A stretch of DNA of 64,000 nt from Bugula neritina (lineage: Eukaryota > Animalia > Bryozoa), in assembly GCA_964035545.1 (NCBI GenBank), contig OZ037771.1, forward strand, positions 11,226,480 through 11,290,479, in the 5' to 3' direction. The notes below the pieces were generated by a model that was not told where the DNA came from, did no database searches, and was given only the letters and a program-made list of their open reading frames with translations. Positions 1-13,607 of the stretch are shown here, one piece after another (the first letter of the stretch is position 1; each line of letters starts with the position of its first letter). The translations under genes and the position numbers were made by a program.

Positions 1-3000
1 TCTTGAGATGCAGCATAATAGTAAAAATCAGTTTTTAAAGTGTTTTGATGCAGACTTACAGATGACAAAATATATCTTTAAGCTCACAGTATCTGGTTTC
101 AGCCAAATAAAATTTCAAATAAAAATTTAATAGTAGACATGTGATATGTTATATATGTTCGACAAGATGCAGTATTTGTTAACTTACACTGTTTAGCACA
201 ATGAAAACAAGTTATTGTAACAAATAAAGTGTTTATACCATTTCAGCACAACTGTTGCTGTTTTGAAATAATTGTGTATGCCATATACTGAAATTTGAAT
301 TTTAATTAAAAATCACGCAATACATGTTAAAAATATTATTCGGAGCTAATTGTGTTTACAATTTGTCTGGCACACTGCATTGCAAACCATGGCTGTGTTC
401 ATGTTTTTCAAATTGACATATTTGTTTATGTGATTATATAATGCTTCATTGTCAAAAACAAACAAATTATACATGTAGATCAGTGCAATGGCATTTTTAA
501 ACATAGTTTAACAAACTAATCAATAAATGATATATTATTGCTAGCTGAAACTTATAAATACTTAAACTGTTCATTAAATGAACCCAAGTTGATTCAATAG
601 GAAGATGCGTAATACTAGCAGACTTTACCAATATTCAAGCAGGGTCTTCTAGACAAGACGTAGACATTGCGTCATATTGTGTCTAGTCACATGTTCAATC
701 TAAACCCCGTCCATTTCTTTAAATCTATTTTAACACACTACGTGTATAAAAATTCAAGGTACATGACGCAATAAACTAATATAATGGTAATTTTATTCAA
801 AGCTATTTTTAGTAGTAAGTAGTTTTCTGTATACATTGATAGCTCTTCTACCATGTAGCCTAAAGCAACAGTTTATAATATAAATCCAGGCCTCTATCTG
901 TTTCTCTACCCTTGATTAATAAATTAAAAGGTTATGCAGTTTAATTTTTAAAATAAAAAACAGCACAATAACAATAACAATTACAATCACAAACGGGATG
1001 CTTCTATAATTTGTAACTAATTGGCAACTTGAGAGCTGGCTGCCCCCACAGTATGTACTTCGTACTATATTTAGTAGAAATAAAGCTCTCGTCATTGTTC
1101 TTAACCACTTGAGATGTTAGTCTAGTCTCTGACAGTTGAATATTTAGCCACGTTTGAATTATTTATAACCCCTCGTTATCTCAGCCAGTAAATCCGTTTT
1201 AATACATCAAGTTTGCGTGGTATTTGAGAGCTGCTATAAGGTTGCGTAACAGTAACGTGATTTGTACAATACAGAGATTACAGGATGTAGAGGTGAATAA
1301 GTGCAGTGAATGTATTCATATATACAGTCAGCAGCAAAGGGAAAGTTTCCTTTCCCCCTCACTGTATATTATTACTTTAACGTTTAAAAAATGATAGACA
1401 ACTTAAATGAATTAACAAATAGTAGGGTTTTGGTTTTATGGAACAACTTCAAGGACGTTTGTATGATGGGACTTGGACATTGTATCGGTTTGTGTTTGTG
1501 TCTGGTTGCAAGATATGCTTTAACTACTAGCCAACTTGGCAACAGGTTTTCGAGTTTATTAACTGTCAAATCGTACCCTATAAAATGGGAAACATTAGAA
1601 ATTGTATAAATAAGTAGTCACAATATAAATCAAAATTCAGAGGAACACTATGAATATTACAGAACCAAAAAATTGACATGAACTATTATAATTCTAATAA
1701 ACTTACAATATTGATGCGTGGATAAAAATCTTAGCCATCACAATGCCGAAACCGATAGTTTATTCATACAAAGAGTGTAAATATGGTGGTTTGATCATGA
1801 TATACTGACTCATGCAGTACAGTGAATGAACTAGCTCTGCCAGCTAATAGTAGCTTTGGTGAAAGCTTTTGAAGCTTGAAAGCTTTAATGATTGGCTGCC
1901 TGCCAATACTTCTGGGTGGCATACCAATACAGACATCTTTTATCAACCTGCATGTCAATGTCAATTTATTCATTTTTGACATAAAAATATTTTGTTGTTA
2001 ATAATATTTAATTTATATGGAGCTAAAAAATTGTAAAAGAAAAACATTTTTAAAATAAAAGTATTGCAGCATTATAAGTATTATAATAACTTTTCTATGC
2101 ATCCCATAATTCAACAATATATACATGCTATACTTTTTAACAAGTAGTAATTGATAGTGGATACCATAGTACTTTAGTTATTCCCAGAAAAAATTAAATA
2201 ACTTTAAGTGATGCATGCATGAACGTTGAGCTTTTGTTGTACACTGCAGAATATATTATATGTTGCAAATTATACATAATATTATATGCTGTAGACTATG
2301 TTATGTATACTTTAAAATATAAAGCTACTGTAAAAAAACTTCATACATACACGTGTAAAACATGTGCTGCATTACGAAATATGTTCTGTGATGCCCACAC
2401 AAGCATTATATTTAACTTCTTTCTCAATATTCTTTGATAAATATTTCATTTTTATGCTAAATAGAATGATTAAATATTACTATTTCAAAAATTGAGTAAG
2501 TTATAGATCCTTCATATTAAATGGATCTTTTTTGTTTACAGCAAATGTAAAAATAATTCAATATTTGTGCAATGTTTCATATAGAAGTATACATATTGTT
2601 AGTACAGAAAAATCAGTAGCTAACAGTTTCTATAGAGTTTGTTTAGCTATAAATATCATGTAATTACTTGATATATTGCTTATACTTGGAACATTGGAAA
2701 ATGTTAATGTTGTTTATTAATGTTAATTTCATCATCACAGTAATGCAATTTTTAGAGTCGCTGCTCAACAGACCGGAATTTCCCAGAATTACAGGTATGA
2801 CTTTATATCAGTCGTTGGTTTTTATATTTAAAGCTGTAATTGCTTTTCTTTCAATCCACAAATCAACTGTTTTATATCAATAATTAGCAAGAGAAGATAA
2901 CTGCTAAATAATAAGTAAATCGGTACCAATTGAAAATATGTAAAGAGGGTACATGAGCTGAAACATTTAAAGTATTGTGGAGGAATTGAATTCCATTAAT

Positions 3001-4364
3001 TTAATATTTTGAATACTACATAAAACAATAAACAAGTTTTAATCTGTATACATGATAAAATTATCATATAAAAGTTTATTTATTACACCATTTGCTAATA
3101 AGTTTTCCATTCTGTACACTTGGGCTGGAAACTTTTAAGAATGTATTTTGTTTATATATAATATTGCATAATAATAGATATTAATGTACCACATGTATAG
3201 ATAGAATTTTTTCGCTATGGGGATATTTTTAAAAGGACAGTTTTTGGTACAATAAGGCTTGCACTCATTTGATTTTTCACTTCAAGCAAGATTATGCATA
3301 AGTCGATCAACAACATTTTTGTTTCAAGTGCCACAAGCATGCAAAATAAACCATTTTCAATTGCTTCTAATTTAAAGTTTTAGCCTGAAACTTTTCTAAT
3401 AGATTCATGTTATTTATATTTAATGGTTAGGTAGATTAGTAGTTTAGCAAATTAGTACAGGTGTTGAAAGTTGGTGAGTAACTAAGTTTCATAGTTATCT
3501 TCTCTTGGACATTGTTATAGTGTCTTTATAGGCAATTTTAGCTTTACCAATGTTAAACTATAGCAAATATTCTCTCTGCTTACAATCTATATAACAGCTT
3601 GAAGAGGGTGAAAACTAAAGCACAGTAGGTCTCCAAGAAGTGTATAACATACAATCTCATGGTTACAATCTATACGTACATATATGGTCTATATGCTAAA
3701 ATTATTGATAATTAGCATTATATAATATACTTCATTAAAGAAGAGAAATAGTTGGTTTATAGTGCTGGGAAGAAATAAGTTTAGAGGATAATTTAGCTGC
3801 TGCCAATGTTTAGCCTTACTGACAGCACTAAGGTTAGCCCTAGAGTCAACGAGTGAAGCATTGAGCAATTATGAATATTGTGTAAATTTATAACTTAATT
3901 ATAAATAATTTTTTAAATTAGCAAAATATTGTGCATTATTTAAGTACATGTCTATTTGAATAAAGCAAGGGCAGCTTAATCGATTTTTATTAGTTTACCA
4001 CACATGCTCTGAAACACAGAACACAAAATTACAAGTTATATATATATGGTTTATATGTTACAGTATATATGGTTTATGTAGTTACAATATATAGGTTTAT
4101 ATAGCTACAATATATAGGTATTGACAATGATGCAATTTACATATGTTATAGACCCACAAAAATATATTTATACTATACGATTTATATATAATATTAATAG
4201 AACAACCTTCAAGTCATGTTATAACCAATCTAAAATGTTCTTGGGTGGTGCTAGCAAACAGTTTACAATAAAAATAATTACAGATTAGTTCACGTATTTC
4301 TTCAATAATCTGCATTAGTGAAAAGGTTATATAACTATGGTGATCTAGAATAAAATAACTAGTA

Positions 4365-4606
4365 ATTATATTATATTATATTATATTATATTATATTATA
4401 TTATATTATATTATATTATATTATATTATATTATATTATATTATATTATATTATATTATATTATATTATATTATATTATATTATATTATATTATATTATA
4501 TTATATTATATTATATTATATTATATTATATTATATTATATTATATTATATTATATTATATTATATTATATTATATTATATTATATTATATTATATTATA
4601 TTATAT
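4365..4606. repeat. (ATATT)n microsatellite, ~48 perfect copies
   Basis: Direct observation. Confidence 0.98.
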
Positions 4607-5675
4607 GTATATTAAATTATAATAAGCAATTGCGCGTGCTATAACTATCCTTTTCTTCAAACTAACCCAGCATGTATTCTGATTGTGTGCTATTTTGAAA
4701 TATATAAATTGAGAACTTTGTATACATAACTATAACTGAAACTGTTATATTTTGGTAAATGGTAATTGACTTCTGTTGTTATGTGTGAAATTCAACTTAA
4801 CTAAACACAAACTAAAGCATATAATCAAACTTGTATGGCTATATAAGTTTACATAGAATTAATAGCCATTACAACAAAGCTCTATCTAAATGTAAAAGAT
4901 ATATTATATGTGAATAAATGTGGTCAAAGGCTGTTTGAAATTAAATTTTAATTAATAGAGAAATTAGGGCTATGTAATGACAACAATATAGCAGCTTAAA
5001 ATTGACAAGTTCCCAAAAGATGGAGGGAAGGCAAATCCCACTGTAAGCAAGGAAATATCAGAAAGCATAGTTGTGTTCTTACAATGAATAATTGAACTAG
5101 TATTTCAGAAAAAGGTTCATATGACTACATCCTTATTAGAAATTTGGCATGTTGCAAAATAAGTTATTGACTCTATTTCTGTGCTATATATAGTCATGAT
5201 ATTGTGACTTCCTATAACCATGGAATTTACATAGTTTCCCTGGTATCATGTAGGAGAGTGCATTCAAGTACTGCTGTTAACCACTAAGTTTTTATCCCAA
5301 GACTGGAGTTGTTTTATTCTGCACCAGCAATAGATTATTAATAAAAACCGTCCAGAAATCCAAACTGTATAAAACACTCGGTTTGCAAACTTACACTGAT
5401 TTGAAGATCAGGAAAAGTTTAGTTTGACATGTGACCTGCGGTTCAACAAATAAATGCAACACTTGAAAATTATTCAAACTCACTAAATTCAAAGCAGATG
5501 AAGGTATCACATCTATAATTGAATTGAACGAAATCAATATTTCATAGTACCACTGAAAGATAAATCTATGTACATTACGTGTTATGCTTGAATTGCGGTA
5601 TACTGTATTTTTATATAAAATTCATTTCCTACTTTATAAGTTATACTATAAACAAGTTTTTATCTTCTATATCTC

Positions 5676-5834
5676 ACACATACAAACACACACAAACACA
5701 CACAAACACACACAAACACACACAAACACACACACAAACATACACACACGAACACACGAACACATGAACACACACGAACACACACGAACACACACGAACA
5801 CACACGAACACACACGAACACACACGAACACACA
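5676..5834. repeat. CA-rich 10-bp repeat (AACACACACA / AACACACACG)
   Basis: Direct observation. Confidence 0.9.
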
Positions 5835-7499
5835 GAAAATAGGTATATTCATCAGTTTTATGTAAGAGTGTAGTGTATAAAACTCAGTCGAGTTGTATTT
5901 TTATCAAGTTGTCCAAAAGCAGCAGTATATATACATTCAACTAATCAACAAACGGTGCAATCATTTGGCATACAGTTGGGAGGAGCTGTATTGACGAAAT
6001 TCTTTACACTAAATGTTATTTGTTTTTGCAGTTAAAAACTCTTCAAGTTAGATCATATACAGATATTAGTCATCTATTGTTATCCTGGTAGAGCAAGATG
6101 GTTTGTGTCAAATATTTTCCTTACCATTTATGCACTATGTACCTCAAAACAGAAAGCATAAAAATAGAATCACTGCTCAGTTACTGAATATTATAAAATG
6201 CAGGTTTCAAGCAAGACATCTGAGTTGCATCATTATGACTCATCGCTAATTGAGGTCAATTAAATTGGAATAAACCACAGAAAAAATTCATTAGTCCCCC
6301 TTCATAAGGAAGTAACTTATAACAATAGAATTATCTATTTGATAAAATGTGCTTTCATGTTTTAAAGCAACATGCTAGTTTTAATAACTGTTTCAATTTT
6401 ATTTCAATAAAACTTCAGTGTCTGTCAACTACGAAATATATTACATAGCATCAATCATACAAATCTGTTATCCATTTTACAGTAACACATTCTATAATAT
6501 TAGCAGCTTTGACAACTTATCCTAAATGTTTTCCAGACATAGTAGAGAGCTGAGTGCACGAACTTGAGTGCCCCACAACATCCCAGCAACGTAATTACTA
6601 TCTTAAGACATCACTTAAATTGATCGCAGGCAAGGGTCAATTGTTAGATCTATCAGGCCATCCCTCGCAAGCCTCCAGTGCAAAGCATCTCATAGAATGT
6701 AATCATGTTTTATTGCTTTCTTTTTATAGTATATCCGAGCAACACAGTTACTTTAAACACATAAACTAGCCAGTTGCTTATACATGGAAAATTAAACGCT
6801 TATTTAGTTTTTTTTATGACTTTTAAATGCTTGAACAAGCTGAATCACTTAAATTCATCTGAATTAAAAGAGCTTGTCTTGAAATAGTAAAATTTGTTGT
6901 AAAATATTGGTAAGATTTTTCTATAAGCACATTGCAGTTATTTATCCCTCTTATATGTCAAGATCAGGACTTATCAACAAGTCATAACTAGGAGAGCTAT
7001 AGCAAGAGAAAGGCAATTTCTGCAAGTTTAAGCTGTTGTGTTTTTGATTGGTTTTACTTGAAAATTAAAATCGATGTTTATTCTAGAAATTAAACAAAGA
7101 TTTTTTATGGCAATTTACACAGCAAATTCGTGGAAGATTATTGCAATGGTTCAAATCCCACTTTATTAGGTAGTTTAAGAAACAATAATATATAAAAGTC
7201 ACCAGATTGTCACAAGAAAATAAATATAAATAGAATTAAATTCTTTCGGAGACTCCACAGTACGGGTCTCTCCAAAAATGCAGAACAAAATAATATCAAA
7301 GAACATAAATTATATTAATACTAAACTTGCACAGATATAAATTTGCAACTTATTTCTGAGAAGTAACCTAAAGCTGCGCTAGAGATTTTTTTCTGTCAGA
7401 TTCAATCAGAGACAACCATTTTGAATAGTTTGTTGAATGTGACAAATTATTGACACAGAAGTAATGGAACAGTGAGAAATACCCCTACCAAGTAGATTG

Positions 7500-7550
7500 A
7501 AACCACCAGCTATTAAGGAGGTTAAAACCACCAGCTATGAAGGAGGTTAA
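7500..7550. repeat. 25-bp tandem duplication in the 3' UTR next to the stop codon
   Basis: aaaccaccagctat(t/g)aaggaggtta x2. Confidence 0.85.
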
Positions 7551-7560
7551 AGTCAGCAGT

Positions 7561-8782
7561 TTAATCATACGAAAGCTCCGGTCTTGAGGGATCTGCAGTT
7601 GAACAGTTTGCGTCTGATTTACAGCTCTGTTGCAAAGAAATCCGGAGTCTTTGCGCTATACGAATCATGTCAATCGTACTTCTCTTCAGTCGGTGTTGCG
7701 ACTTTTTACTTTCTCCAAACTTCCGCCCATGCCTCGAATACATGTTATATAACTGTTTGTTTTGGTTAAATGCTTGCGGCAACTTTACGCTGTGTATTTG
7801 GGATAATGTCTTGAGGACATTGCTGTCAATGTCAAGTCGCTTACCAACTTGAAAGCCGGGAAGTGCTACTGATTCCTGATATATTTCTTCTATTCTTCTA
7901 GCAGTGTTTATAAAGTCACATTCATTTTGTTGGAGAACGCATCTTCGAGTAAGCTGCAGTGTTTGATATATAGCGTTTCTATGGAGACCTAGCTTATGCA
8001 GAGACTTGTGGACGTCCCTTTCTACACTGGTAGACGTTGTGCAGAATTTTACACGAGTAGAGCAGAACTTTACTATGTCACGGAGGTACATAACATCTAC
8101 AGCTGTTTCTTGGTAGTTGCTTGAAGGATTTTCACTTTTTTCTAAAAAAAATGATGAAACATCTACGTATAACAAAGCATGAAATTCATTCAGCATTGCA
8201 GTAGACAAGATGTGCTGCTTTGGTTCAGTTACATAACTTAAAGAAGCCAGCAGTTGGTTGTATAGAAATTCACTGACTGCTAATTGAGAGAATGTGCATC
8301 TATTAATAGATTTAGAGTAAAAATTATCAACAGCAAACTTTGTATAACAAACTTTGATGCATCAAATATCACAAAAACTTATTATTTTTTGACAGAACAA
8401 AACCTGAGAAATTATTTACATGACTTTGTTCGTGCACCTTTAACATATGTTTATAAATATGCGAATGATAAAAGAATATAAAAACCTTCAAATGACACAT
8501 CATCTTCAACTGCTCATTATAATACTGCAATGTATAAAGGTTGTATTTTTCATTATAAGTTGTCGTTTATGTGACGGTTTTGGTAACCATTGATACATTT
8601 AAGTTTCGCATGTCACCACGCAGCCGGAAGTATATTCTCAATACAAACACTTCACACAAAGAAGAATCTGGTAACTCACCTGCAGAAGGTAAAGAGTCAA
8701 CCAGAGGCTTTGCATGATGCTGTTTTATGAGACAGCAGAGCAGCATTGCAATGGTTATGTGGACGTATGCTTGGAAAGCCAT
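7561..8782 (-). CDS. Secreted prepropeptide, putative neuropeptide/hormone precursor (~272 aa)
   Basis: Exon 1 8680-8782 (ATG, hydrophobic signal peptide, AG|GTGAGT phase 1) joins in frame to exon 2 7561-8276/8279 (TAGCAG acceptor, phase 1), an open frame of about 238 codons in AT-rich DNA. RR, GKR, GRK and RLKR processing sites. Confidence 0.8.
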
Positions 8783-9066
8783 TCCAGTCTGTTGAAGAGG
8801 TCTGTAAAGTATAAGTTAGGACTATACAACAGGAGTTTATTTCAACTGAAACTCGTAATGTGCTATGCTGTTTCTAACCTGCTAAAGTGTAGCACTGGTG
8901 AATTTAACAAGGTACAAAGAAACATTCTTCAAGTTCCAAGTACATATTGATATAACTGTTACTTTGATAGAAATTCGGTAATCAGAATTGTATTATATTT
9001 TAGTGCAGAGACAGTTGAGTAAAATGTTTGAGAATAAAGTGCAGTTGAAAGGTGTGAGTATATTTA

Positions 9067-9262
9067 CCTGTATTGGCTGTGTGCTAGGTGATCAGGTGAG
9101 ATCGTGTTAGATTCCTGTCTGCTAATTACTCAGCTCAGATGCAAAGTCAAGATATTTATTTGCTAGTTGCTTATATAGTACACTGCATGTCAAAGAGAGG
9201 CCGGGTAACGCGTGACATCAGCCGGTCTGCACTAATAAGAGCTGTAATCACTCTGATTGGTC
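9067..9262 (-). promoter_or_regulatory. Putative promoter and non-coding first exon of the prepropeptide gene
   Basis: Minus strand: CCAAT (~9256-9260), CRE-like TGACATCA (~9213-9220, read on +), TATATAA (9171-9177), donor CAG|GTAAAT at ~9067, and a TTTACAG acceptor about 20 nt upstream of the ATG. Confidence 0.45.
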
Positions 9263-12200
9263 AAGTCAACAACGGCACACCCCCTTCCTGGTCAGTCAAC
9301 CGTAACAAACTACAATCCGGTGACAGCTTGTTGTTTGCAGAGTATTTTAATTTTGCAACAACTGTTGCAACCTACCACACAAGAGCACATTATTCAAATC
9401 AAAAATAAACTTCGGATTTGGTCTACCTACAAATGATTTGGTCACAGGAAGATATGATTCTATCTCAGCATAACCACACTGCTAGGATGCACTTATTTCA
9501 GCTTTGTTTTTCACTGAGAATCCAAGTATTTTTATGAAATAATTCAAAATGAAATGTAGTGGATATGATGCAAGACAATTTTGATTTTATTGATTTGCAA
9601 GCTGCATGGAACTGCAATATAAGTAAACAATTTTTTATGTGTTCATGTTGCAATTTTATTCCAATAATCAGAATTCAGACACTGTTTGCAAGATCATCGC
9701 CATTTGTAACAAATATTATTTAATATTTAAATTTTAAATAATTATGTTCTAATTACTAAAAGGCTACAAACACTATTCCTGGCAGGATGGGATTGTCTTC
9801 ATATTGCTTTTTGATTTTAATTGGTATAACTTGTAAATGTTTCACAATTCATAAACACCATTTTAACCAATACTTATCTTAATAGCCTCACGTAATTCTT
9901 CAGCATAAAGTGGCTGTAACTAGAGAACAAACAAACAATGAACTCTAAACTAATATTCTATACAATCTGTTGGCTGTTTGCAAGGGTTACTCTCAGCTAC
10001 CCTTGATCTGCTCGCAAAGGATTATAACAACCATAATATCTCTGTCGTGAATATTGTTTTTGTAATTCAAATTTGTTAGCCTTCAAAACCTCTAGTTACA
10101 TCTCACTGTTTACAATAATGTTATATATCAAAATACTTTCTTCAGCTAATGTCAATAAACACATCATACCCTAAAGTAGTGTGTTCCCACAGTAATTGGG
10201 CAGTTTTTGCTTGTATTTGGCTCTTCGTTTGGCCTAAATGGCTGCCTTTTCTGTCATTTGCAACTAATATTGTTGACTAAACTGGGATTCACCACAAAAC
10301 ATTGTAAGTTGGGGCTAGTACTTGAACCCCTACTATTTCAACATTTCATGAGCAAGAACCTACTCTAAAATTGTACAAAATAACATACAAGTTAACTATC
10401 AGATCATTGACCAATCTGTTGCACTCAACTAAAATAACAAAACAGATGACTTTTGCATCTGTCATCTAGTGATCAGCCCTTCTTAGATCCCAACTTCAGC
10501 TCTTTCTGGTAATTATTATTCCATCATTTTGTTGGCCGCAGCACTAAGTTGCTTGTATTTATTCTAAACATGTCACAGCAAGTATGTTAACCTTCACTTG
10601 AAACATAGTACCATGTCTTTATGTAAACTGTATGTTACTCTTGTTTATATAACAACTTTGTTACATTGACTGACTAAGTTTCTAAGGAATGAATGTAGTT
10701 TATAAAAACTTAACACTTCCAATAAACAAATCTATTTTTAAATCAATTTTCATGCAATCAATAAGTGAATTCCAGTAAGTAAACATTTCATAATGTGTAG
10801 CTGAAACATCCTAATTCCAGAGCTGTTTTCATGATGCGATAAGTTTTGATGAGGAACTAAAACAGAGCTACTTCTATCAGCCTAGCTAGACAACAGTCTT
10901 GGACAGTTTCTGTACAATAAAACTGGTTTATAAAATTTTGTATTGTCAAAAAGATTTCAAGTGCGTCTAACTGCTATAAACAGTAAAATTGGAAGTATTT
11001 ACAGAGAGTCAAATGAGACCAAAACTTGATATATATACACAGGCATGGTATTGCTTTGATGTTTATTTATATTGAATTCATGTTTTTGGTTGTGTGTGCT
11101 GATTGCATGATTCTGATCATTTTAAAGCTACAACTAATAATAGGAGACTCAGAATCTCCTACACTCTACAGAAACCAAACCTGCAGATGACATGCAAACT
11201 CAGAAAGTGTTCTCAGTTGGACTTGGCAGGGTTTTGTCTACCAGACAGATGCGGTTTGCAATGTTTAATTTTAGGTTTATTGAAAAATTAATACCACTTC
11301 TAGCAACAGCTGGATCCTGCATAACATTATCAAAGTGACAGTGCAGCAGTTATAGAGCCCCAGATAAAGACCTAATTGAGTAGATTATAGACTCTATTTC
11401 ATTATTGTGAAATATATAGACCCATTTATTTGGATTTTAAATCATTAAGAAATGTAAGATGCAAGATTATCCATTTAGATCTTGGTATAAGTATCTTACA
11501 CTAACACCAAGCTGGTTGATTGCAGAGTTCAAACCAGCACTTTGCAAGCATCTGAATGCAACTTTACTGCATGTTGGTAGTTCGAATCTTAACTTATCCT
11601 GCAAATAAACAACATTTAATTACATAATTAAATTGCAGGCTACAGGTACAAGAGTCTAGGTTTAATCACGTGTTACATTGAATAACCCGTGGCTATAATT
11701 ATACAAAATTGTCATCATTACAAATTTATACTGGCAAACCTTTCTTTAACTTCTGTATATTGAATTTATTATTAGAAATGTTAGCTTTGATGAGGGGTGC
11801 ATGCCTTGTGACAGCTGTTCAGCTGTTACTGTCAGAAACTCAACTGTCTGCAACCAATAAATTAAAGTGAATATAATGATATTACTTAAGCCTTGCATCA
11901 CTATAGTGCATCATTAAATTCTGATGGTAATTTCTTGGTTGCTGCATGTCTATAATTTCAAGTCCCTGGTCAAAAGACTTCAGTCTAGTCACCTATAAAG
12001 CATTTGCTCTCTGAGCTGCCACATCCTTCAAGACAGCTCATTAAACATCCATCAAACTATTTTAAATTTTTATCAAAAGTAAAAAATTGTCATTTTCTTC
12101 TGTGATAGTTGAAAGGTCAAATGAGAACACTGCAATCTAAACAAACGCCTTTGAAGTTGTGTAATTGAAATCAAGGTCAAGCACTAAAATATTTTTGATG

Positions 12201-12342
12201 ATCTTTTGAAACCATTTCTGTCTAAATTCCTCATTTAGATACAGCAGGAATCTATTATTTATAGACATACATGCTAGTTTCAAAATGCAAACAAAATGTG
12301 CAAGATTAAACTTGAAAAAACTGGTCAGGGTATGCTGGTATC

Positions 12343-12402
12343 GCAGCAGCAACAAGCAGCAGCAGCAGCAGCAAGCAGCAGCAACAGCAACAAGCAGCAG
12401 CA
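12343..12402. repeat. Imperfect (CAG/CAA)n microsatellite
   Basis: Direct observation. Confidence 0.9.
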
Positions 12403-12415
12403 ATGAAACATGGTA

Positions 12416-12570
12416 TAAGCAGCCTTGAGTTAGGGATGACTGAGTGCAGTAGTGTGAGGTCTGGTGTTTGGAGTTAAGGATTTATGGGTGAAACTTTGAA
12501 CCCCCCCCCAACTCCAAACTTGAGGCACCAAAACTACTGCACATTATCACCCCCAACTCAAGACTGCTTA
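12416..12570. mobile_element. Palindromic MITE-like element
   Basis: ~60-bp imperfect terminal inverted repeats: taagcagccttgagttagggatga...gtgcagtagt...gtttggagtt / aactccaaac...actactgcac...tcacccccaactcaagactgctta. Confidence 0.65.
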
Positions 12571-13607
12571 TTGCAAGTTGCAGCAGCCATAGTCACAATT
12601 AGCCTTTGCCATCACACATGTAGTTAGGATAAGCTATACAGGTCTGTGTACATGTGTAGACATGGATATAAAAAGTTAAACACTGATGCTAGGGGCTGTG
12701 GCATCAGTTTTAGACTGAGGTCTATGATTTACATATAGTAGAACCGTCCTTGTTGAGAAGGTTTGACTAGCAATTCCACTATTATAAGCTAGTGTAACTA
12801 CGTGATATCTATCAGGAAAGCATTAAGAAAATTCAATTATGGAATTATGTTGAAATTCATAATTTATTCTGAAAGCTTTTGGTTTGCAAAGTAATAATCT
12901 GTGCATGTGTGTATTTTTGGGATGGTTGCCGAGTGATTTTCTGATTTAGATCTTTGCCAGCTAAGCCCCGCCCAGCTATAAGTGGCGCTGAGGAAAATAG
13001 GCGGTCTGCATACCTGGTTATTGGTTAATAATGGTGCCATACCGTGATGATTATTGTGTTACTGCTGTGAAGTTTGACTTTAAATATTGCTATCTGAATT
13101 GCTACTTTCTCACTACCTATACATTTTATTCGAACATGGAAAATGACAGTTTGATTCATTACAATCTAAATGTATTACTAGCAAAACAACATAGCTTCGG
13201 TGCACATTTATCGTAGCAATAAATAAGTAGAAATACTATTACATGAGTAAAATATGTATGTTGGCAAAAAGATAAAAATAAAATGATTTATCTGTTTCAC
13301 ATAGGTCATTTACAAAAAGTATTTACAAGAAAAAAAACCTCTTCAGGCTATAGATAGAATTAAAGCAGTATAATATGGTCATGCAGCTGTTGACAATACT
13401 ATCAGAAAAAAATTGAGCACCTTGTGTTGACCTATATAAATATAACATAAAATAGGTTAACTTATATAAAACACCTGCACATGTTTCCTCATCACGCAAA
13501 ATAAATTCAACATGGAGTTGGTTGTTCATTTAATTACGTCCAACTGTTATATCAATTTATACTGTATAGAATACAAAATATCCAACTACATGATATTATA
13601 TAATAAA

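Noticed and set aside
1320-1369. atatacagt...actgtatat mini inverted repeat resembling Tc1/mariner ends
   Set aside because: Only 9 bp in AT-rich DNA; may be chance.
5579-5865. His/Thr- and Cys/Val-rich ORFs
   Set aside because: Translations of the CA-rich microsatellite.
12137-12403. Poly-Ala/Cys/Leu signal-peptide-like ORF
   Set aside because: Derived from the CAG repeat; non-ATG start and no supporting exons.
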